Notes under the pieces: generated by a model | What the model was told of the DNA's origin: nothing | What the model saw: only the letters and a program-made list of their open reading frames with translations | Databases searched by the model: none | Source of the DNA: Minisyncoccota bacterium | GTDB taxonomy: Bacteria > Patescibacteriota > Minisyncoccia > Phycocordibacterales > UBA9973 | Length of the DNA stretch: 64,000 bases | Direction of reading: 5' to 3' | Assembly: GCA_041657885.1 (NCBI GenBank) | Contig: JBBABB010000002.1 | Location: forward strand, 121,095 to 185,094 | Shown here: one piece after another, positions 27,283 to 35,599 of the stretch | Numbering within the stretch: the first letter of the stretch is position 1 | Layout: every line of letters begins with the position of its first letter | Position numbers and translations under genes: made by a program

Positions 27283-28518
27283 ATGGCAAAAAAAACTAAA
27301 ATTAAAACTAAAAAAGTTACAAAAAAAATCGCCTCATCGGCGACCCGCCGAAAAGGAGGGGTTTTTAAAGTGGCTAAAAAAACAAAAACCATCTCCGCCA
27401 AGGCTATGGCGAGCCGAAGAAAAATAATAAAAAAGAAGAAAATAACAAAAAAATTAGAAGAGCCAATAAAGCTTAAAAAATCATGGCAGAATCCGATTAT
27501 TAATCCAAGTTTTTATTCTTGGGAATCCCAAGCTGTTTTTAACCCAGCTGTTGTGTCTTCTGGTGGTAGGGTACATCTTTTTTATCGAGCTTTGGGAGAA
27601 GATGGAATCTCTCGCATAGGATATGCTTCAAGTAAAGATGGTATCAATTTTAACGAACGACTTCTTTATCCAGTCTATTTTGTACAAAATGTTGAAGAAA
27701 TGAAAAAACATTGGCCATATACTTCTCCCGCAAGACCTTCCTATGATAATGCACTTTATGTTTCAGGTGGGGGGTGGGGTGGTTGCGAAGACCCTCGGAC
27801 AGTATTGATAGATGGAACTATATATATGACCCTTAATATTTTTAATGGGTGGGATTCTATGCGAGTAGCAGTAGTTTCAATTAAAGAAGAGGACTTGTTA
27901 AATAAAAAATGGTTTTGGAATAATTTTTCTTATCTTTCCCACGAAGGTGATAGACAAAAGAATTGGGTTTTATTCCCTGAGAAAATTAATGGCAAATTCG
28001 CAATTTTTCACAACCTAGATAAAGGTGATTCAACAAGAGTTTCTATTGCTTTTGTAAACAACCTTGATACGTCGGAGACTCCATCTGGGCGTGATGCCCC
28101 CGACCCTCATACACTACCTGACCACATAGTAGCTTGGCACAAACGTACACGCAGTGCTGCTTCACCACCAATCAAAACTAAAGACGGCTGGCTCCTTCTA
28201 TATCATGCTATGGATAAAGATGGTTCAAACCGCTATAAATTAGGCGCACTTTTACTTGACCTAAAAAATCCTGAAAAAGTTCTTTATCGAGCGCAACATC
28301 CTATTCTTGAACCAGAGGAATGGTATGAAAACGATTGGAAACCAGGCATTATATATGCAAGTGGAGCTGTGGTAAAGGATGGAAAACTTTTAGTATATTA
28401 TGGCGGGGGAGATAAACATATCGGGGTAGCTTCAATTATGCTTTCTGATTTAATAAATAGTATAAAGAAAAATGGTAGAGTTAAACTAGAAAAAAATAAA
28501 GAACTAAGGTTTGAATAA
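27283..28518 (+). CDS. GH130-family beta-mannoside phosphorylase/glycosidase with Lys-rich N-terminal tail
   Basis: FNPA, YRA, GCEDPR, KN..LFPEKING, GWLL.YH, YYGGGD. Confidence 0.87.
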   Translation: MAKKTKIKTKKVTKKIASSATRRKGGVFKVAKKTKTISAKAMASRRKIIKKKKITKKLEEPIKLKKSWQNPIINPSFYSWESQAVFNPAVVSSGGRVHLFYRALGEDGISRIGYASSKDGINFNERLLYPVYFVQNVEEMKKHWPYTSPARPSYDNALYVSGGGWGGCEDPRTVLIDGTIYMTLNIFNGWDSMRVAVVSIKEEDLLNKKWFWNNFSYLSHEGDRQKNWVLFPEKINGKFAIFHNLDKGDSTRVSIAFVNNLDTSETPSGRDAPDPHTLPDHIVAWHKRTRSAASPPIKTKDGWLLLYHAMDKDGSNRYKLGALLLDLKNPEKVLYRAQHPILEPEEWYENDWKPGIIYASGAVVKDGKLLVYYGGGDKHIGVASIMLSDLINSIKKNGRVKLEKNKELRFE

Positions 28519-28524
28519 AATTTT

Positions 28525-30465
28525 ATGTATGTAGTAAAAAGATCAGAACATAATCCAATTCTTGTTCCTAATAAAAATCATTACTGGGAAGAGTTTGCAA
28601 CTTTTAATATGTGTCCAATAAAGAAAGGGAAAATAATTTATGGACTTTACAGGGCTATATCAGCAATAGATAAAATAGCCACACAACAACAAACTTCAAT
28701 TATTGGTATTGGTAAGAGTAAAGATGGAATTCATTTTGAAGAGCGCATGCCATTCATTTTCCCGCAAGAGCCATGGGAAGTACACGGATGTGAAGACCCA
28801 CGCGTAACTTACTTTGAAGGGAAATATTATATTTTCTACACTGCTTTGTCCGATTACCCTTTTACTGCAGAAAATATCAAAGTTGGAGTTGCTATATCAA
28901 AAGATTTAAGAAAAATTGACAAGCGTCGTTTAGTAACTCCTTTTAATGCGAAAGCCATGACACTTTTTCCAGAGCGAATAAATGGAAAGATAACTGTTAT
29001 TTTTTCAGCTCATACTGATATTCCTCCAGCAAAAGTTTCAATCGCACAATTTGATAGAATAGAACAATTGTGGGATAAGTCATTTTGGGAAGAATGGATG
29101 AAAAATATAGATAAACACACCGTGGATTTCCGTCGAAATCCGTATGACCATTTAGAAATTGGTGCACCTCCTATTAAAACTAAATATGGGTGGATACTTA
29201 TCTATTCACATATTCAAAATTATTTTCAATCACCAGAAAATTTAGACCGCATTTTTGGTATTGAAGTACTTCTCCTTGATATTAATGACCCGACAAAAAT
29301 TTGTGGTAGAACCAGGGGTCCCATTTTAACCCCAGGAGAATCTTATGAATTATCAGGATATGTTTCTAATGTTATTTTCCCATCAGGTGCCTTAGTGGAA
29401 AAAGATAAGTTGAGTATTTATTATGGAGCAGCTGATACCACCACCTGTGTGGCTTATGTTAGCTTAAAAGATTTAATTGGAAGTATGTATATTGAAACCT
29501 CAGATGATTGGAGATTTAAACGCGGGTTAACAAATCCAATAATAACTCCTAAGATAGAAAATGGATGGGAAGCAAAAGCAACTTTTAATCCGGCGGCAAT
29601 ATATCTTGAAGGGAAAATCCACATTTTATATCGGGCTCTTTCAAATGAGAATACTTCCTTTATTGGTTATGCGACTAGCCAGGATGGTTTTAGTATTTTA
29701 GAGAGATTTCCAACCCCTGTTTATATACCTCGGGAAGATTTTGAAATGAAAAAAATTTCAAACGGGAACTCTGGTTGTGAAGACCCTCGCATAACGCAAA
29801 TTGGGAAGAATCTTTACCTTTGTTATACAGCTTATGATAGTATAGGACCCCCAAGGGTCGCTATATCTTCTATTTCAATAAAGGATTTTCTTGCTCGAGA
29901 ATGGAACTGGAGTAAACCAGCACTCATCACACCACCTGGATTTGATGATAAAGATACTTGTATTTTCCCCGAGAAATTAAAAGATGGATATTTTGTTCTA
30001 CATAGAGTCGGGAATGAAATGTGTGGTGATTATTTAAGAACACTTGATTTTAATAATAACACCATTAAAAAATGTATTCGTATCATAGGACCCCGCATGA
30101 ATTCCTGGGATGGACTGAAGGTTGGTATTTCTGCTCCACCAATTAAAACGAAATATGGATGGCTGCTTCTTTATCATGGAGTTTCAAAAAGCCATAACAC
30201 TTATAGAATAGGGATTGTCCTTCTTAATCTTAAGGATCCAGCTATTGTGATAGCTCGTTCATCTGATGCCATTTTTGAACCAGAAGAACCGTATGAGAAA
30301 GTTGGTATTGTTAATAATGTTGTTTTTCCTTGCGGAATGATTTTGAAAGGGGACTTACTATATATTTATTACGGTGGAGGAGATAAAGTGGTAGGGGTGG
30401 CGACAATGAAGCTCTCAATAGTCCTCGGAGCACTCGTCCGTGGTTCTAAATTTAATAAAATCTAA
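28525..30465 (+). CDS. Tandem two-domain GH130-family protein
   Basis: Two copies of FN...YRA...GCEDPR...PPIKT.YGW...V.FP.G...YYG.AD/GD. Confidence 0.87.
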   Translation: MYVVKRSEHNPILVPNKNHYWEEFATFNMCPIKKGKIIYGLYRAISAIDKIATQQQTSIIGIGKSKDGIHFEERMPFIFPQEPWEVHGCEDPRVTYFEGKYYIFYTALSDYPFTAENIKVGVAISKDLRKIDKRRLVTPFNAKAMTLFPERINGKITVIFSAHTDIPPAKVSIAQFDRIEQLWDKSFWEEWMKNIDKHTVDFRRNPYDHLEIGAPPIKTKYGWILIYSHIQNYFQSPENLDRIFGIEVLLLDINDPTKICGRTRGPILTPGESYELSGYVSNVIFPSGALVEKDKLSIYYGAADTTTCVAYVSLKDLIGSMYIETSDDWRFKRGLTNPIITPKIENGWEAKATFNPAAIYLEGKIHILYRALSNENTSFIGYATSQDGFSILERFPTPVYIPREDFEMKKISNGNSGCEDPRITQIGKNLYLCYTAYDSIGPPRVAISSISIKDFLAREWNWSKPALITPPGFDDKDTCIFPEKLKDGYFVLHRVGNEMCGDYLRTLDFNNNTIKKCIRIIGPRMNSWDGLKVGISAPPIKTKYGWLLLYHGVSKSHNTYRIGIVLLNLKDPAIVIARSSDAIFEPEEPYEKVGIVNNVVFPCGMILKGDLLYIYYGGGDKVVGVATMKLSIVLGALVRGSKFNKI

Positions 30466-30466
30466 C

Positions 30467-30495
30467 CCTAGATAGGGCTTTAGGCCCTATCTAGG
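30467..30495. repeat. AGATAGGG/CCCTATCT palindrome family member
   Basis: cctagatagggc-tttag-gccctatctagg; relatives at 32339-32384 and 38814-38870. Confidence 0.7.
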
Positions 30496-30563
30496 AGGAG
30501 GTGCAATTTAGGGATTAATTTGATAGTATAAGTGAAGGGCCTGAAAAGCCCTTTATTTCATTT

Positions 30564-32336
30564 ATGGAGAAAGATTATTCAAATTTACATAGAGGCCTTG
30601 TCATTAAATGTTATTGGCAAGTTATGAGAAAATTCAAGTTTTCGTTTTTTACTGTTATATTGGGGTCTATTATTTTTTCAGGTATTGGTATTTATATTCC
30701 ATTACAATTTCTAAAACTTTGGAATGTACTAAGTACAAATAATTTTAATCTTGTTACACAAGCTCGAGGCGTTGTAGTAATTATTTTTGTATTAGGATTA
30801 GCAGGTTGGGTTGTCAAAAGAATTACTGAATTTGTTTTTGCATACTTCCAAGCAAACGTTATGGCTGGTTTACGTGCCCAAGCATTTTCATATATGATGG
30901 GGCACTCTCATTCTTTCTTCGCCAATAATTTTGGTGGTTCGCTCACCCAAAGAATAAATAAATATGCTAGAGCTTTTGAGAGATTAACAGATAAATTAGT
31001 TGGTGATGGAATTCCTCTCGTTGTCAAATCTATCGGAATTATAATTGCTATTTATACTCTTATCCCTAAATATGCTCTCATTTTATCTATTTTTTGTGTT
31101 GTATTTTTATTGACTGCTTTAATATATACACGATTAAAACTTAAATTTGATGTAATCGCAGCTCGTGCTGATACAAAAACGTATGGAGTTCTAGCTGATT
31201 CAATTGGTAATCATTCTTCTATTCAACTTTTTGCTGGGCATAATTATGAAAATGAGAAAGCAGAAGAAGTGATAAAAGATCAGAAAACAAAGACAGTTTT
31301 TAATTGGTACTTATGGAATGGGTTAGGAGCAATCGAAGGGCTTTATTCTACAGTAATTTATTTTATTGTTTTTTGGGTAGCTATTGGTGATTGGAAGCTT
31401 GGACTTATTGGGTTACCAGTTATGGTTTTGATACAAGGATATTTAGCTGGTTTGATAGAAAGCCTTTGGAGTTTCGCTGGGTTAGTTCGTGCTTTTTATG
31501 ATGGCTTTGCTGATGCCCAAGAAATGGCGCTTATCCTTGATACTCCGTACGGAGTAAAAGATAAAGTTACAAAGATTTTAGAAAATACAAAAGGGGAAGT
31601 TGTTTTTGACAATGTCACTTACATTTATGAAAAAAATAAAACCAAAGTATTTGATGATTTTTCACTTACAATACCAAGAGGACAAAAGATTGCAGTTGTC
31701 GGTTCATCTGGAGCAGGGAAGTCAACATTTGTGAATTTACTGATGAGATTATTTAATTTAACTTCCGGTAGAATTTTAATTGATGGTATAGACATAAGTT
31801 CAGTTTCTCAAAATAACTTACGTGAGCAAATTGGTTTTGTTCCCCAAGACCCAGTTTTATTTCACAGGACATTGATGGAGAATATTCGTTATGGTAAACG
31901 TAGTGCAACTGACGAAGAAGTAAAAAATGCGGCAAATTTAGCTCATTGTGATGATTTTATTGGTAGATTACCTCTTGGGTATGATACATTTGTTGGCGAA
32001 CGTGGAATCAAACTCTCAGGAGGAGAACGTCAGCGTGTAGCAATTGCTCGTGCAATTCTCAAAGATGCAACAATATTAGTGCTTGATGAAGCAACATCAG
32101 CTCTTGATTCAGAATCAGAGATGCTTATTCAAGATGCGCTTCGTAATCTAATTAAAAACAAAACGACAATCGTGATTGCACATCGGCTTTCGACAGTTCG
32201 TGTGATGGATAGAATTATTGTTATTGAGAATGGGAAAATTATTGAGGATGATACACATGAACAATTAATAAATAAAGATGAAGGTGTCTACAAAAAACTC
32301 TGGGATTTACAAGCCGGAGGATTTACTATAAATTAA
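30564..32336 (+). CDS. ABC transporter, fused permease and ATPase (MsbA/multidrug-like)
   Basis: TM domain, GSSGAGKST, LSGGERQR, LDEATSALD, IAHRLST. Confidence 0.93.
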   Translation: MEKDYSNLHRGLVIKCYWQVMRKFKFSFFTVILGSIIFSGIGIYIPLQFLKLWNVLSTNNFNLVTQARGVVVIIFVLGLAGWVVKRITEFVFAYFQANVMAGLRAQAFSYMMGHSHSFFANNFGGSLTQRINKYARAFERLTDKLVGDGIPLVVKSIGIIIAIYTLIPKYALILSIFCVVFLLTALIYTRLKLKFDVIAARADTKTYGVLADSIGNHSSIQLFAGHNYENEKAEEVIKDQKTKTVFNWYLWNGLGAIEGLYSTVIYFIVFWVAIGDWKLGLIGLPVMVLIQGYLAGLIESLWSFAGLVRAFYDGFADAQEMALILDTPYGVKDKVTKILENTKGEVVFDNVTYIYEKNKTKVFDDFSLTIPRGQKIAVVGSSGAGKSTFVNLLMRLFNLTSGRILIDGIDISSVSQNNLREQIGFVPQDPVLFHRTLMENIRYGKRSATDEEVKNAANLAHCDDFIGRLPLGYDTFVGERGIKLSGGERQRVAIARAILKDATILVLDEATSALDSESEMLIQDALRNLIKNKTTIVIAHRLSTVRVMDRIIVIENGKIIEDDTHEQLINKDEGVYKKLWDLQAGGFTIN

Positions 32337-32393
32337 TTCCAGATAGAGGCTTGGACTTTATCTAGAGTTTAAATCTCTATTTGGGAGTGCAAT

Positions 32394-33320
32394 TTATAAA
32401 GTTATTTCTTTATTTTTATTTATAGATTTAAAAAAGAAATAACCAAATATAAGGAAAGTAATAAGTGGTGATATATAATATGGTATTTCTATTCCAAAAG
32501 AATCACAAAGCATTATTAGTCCAAGAACAAATATAGAATACATTGCTCCATTTTTTAGATAAATATATTTCTTTATTCTTTCTATATTACTTACTGTAAG
32601 TTTTCTGAGAACAAAGGCTCCAAGACCGTTGCCGAGGATAATAAGTGGGACAGATAAGGTGAAAGCAAAAGCTCCGAGTACTCCGTCTACGGAAAAAGTT
32701 GCGTCAATTATTTCAAGATAGAAAATTTTACTCAAATCATTCATTTTATTTTCACTTGAGAGTAATTTTTTTTCTCCTCTTTCCGCATTTTCTTTAAATC
32801 CATGAGTTATGAAAAATGCAGTTGATCCTACTACCGCTGAAAATGCGAGCATTGGGTTTATTTTTAATGAAAACCAAACAACCAAAGCGAGTATTATGGA
32901 GACAATTGCAAAAAACCAAACTCCGTGGTTGAAGAAGAATTTTTCATGGCGCAGGCCAAAGTTTTTTGTTTCAAGAAATAACCAGTGAAAGAATAAGAAT
33001 ATTAAAAATATTCCTCCTCCAAGAAGTAAAATAGGGGAAGCGCTTTCAATAGCAGTGTGAACACTTGGGTCGTTTGAAAATGTTGCTGTTAATGCTCCTA
33101 TGGGGCCAAGAGATGGCATTGCAACCCAAACTATAACCCATGGCAAAAGTCCACGTATCATGAAAACAGCAAAAAGAAACCCCCAAAAAAGAAACCACTT
33201 ACGAGCACGTCTGCTCATTGTTCCTAATACTTCGGCATTTATGACAGCGTTGTCTATACTTGAAATTATTTCAAAAAGACAAAGACCTAAAACTGTAATT
33301 ATTAGTGTTCCAATTTGCAT
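32394..33320 (-). CDS. DUF475 / TerC-superfamily membrane protein
   Basis: E...SIDNAVINA, YLE..DATFS.DGV.GAFA, YL.NGAMYSI. Confidence 0.88.
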   Translation of the reverse strand: MQIGTLIITVLGLCLFEIISSIDNAVINAEVLGTMSRRARKWFLFWGFLFAVFMIRGLLPWVIVWVAMPSLGPIGALTATFSNDPSVHTAIESASPILLLGGGIFLIFLFFHWLFLETKNFGLRHEKFFFNHGVWFFAIVSIILALVVWFSLKINPMLAFSAVVGSTAFFITHGFKENAERGEKKLLSSENKMNDLSKIFYLEIIDATFSVDGVLGAFAFTLSVPLIILGNGLGAFVLRKLTVSNIERIKKYIYLKNGAMYSIFVLGLIMLCDSFGIEIPYYISPLITFLIFGYFFFKSINKNKEITL

Positions 33321-33406
33321 ATTTTACTATTATACATATTTTAATGAATATATAGAAATTATATCTTTGTATAAGTCTTTTTTCATAGGTCAGACCTGCA
33401 CAAGAC

Positions 33407-33448
33407 CACCTTACATTTAAGAAACGGCCGTTTCTTAAATGTAAGGTG
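33407..33448. repeat. Perfect 42-bp palindrome with no spacer
   Basis: caccttacatttaagaaacgg|ccgtttcttaaatgtaaggtg. Confidence 0.92.
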
Positions 33449-33455
33449 CATCTAA

Positions 33456-33484
33456 TTGGACAAAATTAATATTTGAGCTACAAT
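33456..33484 (+). promoter_or_regulatory. Sigma70-type promoter of paralog 2 (near-leaderless)
   Basis: TTGGAC-17 nt-TACAAT, 8 nt before ATG 33493. Confidence 0.55.
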
Positions 33485-33492
33485 TTAATCAT

Positions 33493-35211
33493 ATGAAAAG
33501 TGAAGCAAAAAATTGTCAGAATTGTAAAAAAGACTTTGTTATCGAGCCGGATGATTTTTCATTTTATGAAAAAATAAAAGTTCCACCGCCAACTTTTTGC
33601 CCGGAGTGTCGGGGGATGAGAAGAATGGTGTGGAGGAATGAGAGAATTTTTTATCATAGGACATGCAATCTTTGTGGGATAAAGGTAATTTCGGTATTCG
33701 GGAATAAAGATATTAAGGTGTATTGTCAGAAATGTTGGTGGGGAGATGGCTGGGATGGATTAGAGTACGAGCAAGATTATGATTTCTCAAAGAGTTTTTT
33801 TGAGCAATATAAAAATCTATTTAGAAACGTTCCACAGATTAATTTAAATGGTCACGCAACAAACAAAAATTCAGATTACGTTAATTATATAGTTCAAGCG
33901 AATAATTCTTATTATTGTTTTGGGGGAGGATACTTGGATAATATTATGTTTTCTACTGTTGGAGTTAGAATGAAAGATTCAGCAGAAATATATTTTTCAA
34001 TGGATTGTGAGTTTTGTTATGAAATACTAAATTGCCAAAAATGTTATAGAATTTATTATGGGAATAATTTGAGAGATTGTCTCGATAGTTATTTTTTACA
34101 AGATTGCGTGAATTGCAATGAATGTATATTGTCGTGTAACTTGCGCAACAAACAATATGTGTTTAGAAATGAACAATTGACGAGAGAAGAGTATTTGATG
34201 AAAAAAGAGGAATTTTTAATTCTGTTTAGAAAAGATGTTTCATTGTTAAAAAATGAATTTAAAAAAATAGTATTAGAAAAACCAAAAAAGTTTGCAAATA
34301 TATTGAAATCAGAATTTTCAACAGGAGATAATATAACCGAAAGTTCAAAAGTTTATGATTCTTTTAATGTTTCAAAAACTGAAAATTGTAAATACTCTCA
34401 AGATATAGTCGGCGTGGCCCATGATGTTTACGACAGTACTAGTATCGGCCTGGGATTAGAACGAGTGTATGAATCAATGTCAGTAAGCATGAATATAACA
34501 GATGTGAATTTTTCAGTAATAGTAAGAAGTGCATCATATAAATTAAATTATTCTTTTTCTATGCATGCATCTTCTAATTGTTTCGGTTGTGTAGGATTAA
34601 AAAGTAAATCTTATTGCATCCTCAACCGCCAATACACCAAAGAAGAATACGAAGAATTAGTTCCAAAGATCATCCAGCATATGAACGATATGCCCTACAT
34701 AGATAGCAAAGGAAGAATATACAAATATGGAGAGTTTTTTCCAAGTGAACTATCACCATTCTGTTACAACGAGACAATCGCCCAAGAGTATTTTCCTTTG
34801 ACTAAAGAACAAGCTCTACAACAAGGTTACAAATGGAAGGAGAAAGAAGAAAGAAACTACCAAATAGACATTAAAAATGAAGATATCCCTGATAATATTA
34901 AAGATATAACTGATGATATCATCGGTAAAGTCATAGAATGCTCTCACAAAGGCACCTGTAACCAACAATGTACCGAAGCCTTCAAGATAATCCCCGAAGA
35001 ACTCCAATTCTACCGTCGTATGAACCTTCCATTACCAAGACTTTGTCCCAACTGTCGGCACTATGAACGTCTAGCTCAACGTAATCCTATGAAATTATGG
35101 CATAGGAAGTGTATGCATGAGGGTTGTACCAATGAATTTGAGACGAATTATGCCCCAGAGAGACCCGAAATCATTTATTGTGAGAAATGTTATCAAAAAG
35201 AGGTGTATTAA
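33493..35211 (+). CDS. Cys-rich ~572-aa protein, paralog 2 of 5
   Basis: Same terminal and internal motifs as 12953..14671. Confidence 0.85.
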   Translation: MKSEAKNCQNCKKDFVIEPDDFSFYEKIKVPPPTFCPECRGMRRMVWRNERIFYHRTCNLCGIKVISVFGNKDIKVYCQKCWWGDGWDGLEYEQDYDFSKSFFEQYKNLFRNVPQINLNGHATNKNSDYVNYIVQANNSYYCFGGGYLDNIMFSTVGVRMKDSAEIYFSMDCEFCYEILNCQKCYRIYYGNNLRDCLDSYFLQDCVNCNECILSCNLRNKQYVFRNEQLTREEYLMKKEEFLILFRKDVSLLKNEFKKIVLEKPKKFANILKSEFSTGDNITESSKVYDSFNVSKTENCKYSQDIVGVAHDVYDSTSIGLGLERVYESMSVSMNITDVNFSVIVRSASYKLNYSFSMHASSNCFGCVGLKSKSYCILNRQYTKEEYEELVPKIIQHMNDMPYIDSKGRIYKYGEFFPSELSPFCYNETIAQEYFPLTKEQALQQGYKWKEKEERNYQIDIKNEDIPDNIKDITDDIIGKVIECSHKGTCNQQCTEAFKIIPEELQFYRRMNLPLPRLCPNCRHYERLAQRNPMKLWHRKCMHEGCTNEFETNYAPERPEIIYCEKCYQKEVY

Positions 35212-35212
35212 A

Positions 35213-35409
35213 ATTCTCCTCTTGAGGTGAAGTTGGGTTGGGACCCAACTGTAAAACCTTTTGAGATATCTTTGTAATCAAAGTATCCAAAAGGTGTACT
35301 GCTCCTGTAAGGAGTACCCGCTAATGCGGGGGAGGTGGATGAATTTAATTCTGGATTAATTCATCCACCCCGTCTTTTGAGTACAAAATTCACCCCTCAA
35401 GAGGGGAAT
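35213..35409. repeat. Structured REP/MITE-like element, copy A
   Basis: Terminal IR attctcctcttgagg / cctcaagaggggaat; several internal hairpins; homologous to 45606..45791. Confidence 0.85.
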
Positions 35410-35599
35410 AAATTTTGATCCAAAAATATGCTACCGCAGAACGATTATTTAGGGGACTTTTCAAAAAATATTGACTAATATCAAGCATCTTTTTATAATA
35501 GCCATTTTTCTAGATATCCACTTGTTTTAAATTTTACAATAGGGGTATAATGTAATCCCAAAGTATTTTGTGTTAAATTATTAACTAATTTTTTAAAAT

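Noticed and set aside
35213-35409. Integron attC site
   Set aside because: No RYYYAAC/GTTRRRY ends, no integrase, and the genes are not in a tandem cassette array.
35500-35599. NrdR box upstream of nrdJ
   Set aside because: Only a weak partial match (cccaaagtattttgtgt); no tandem pair.
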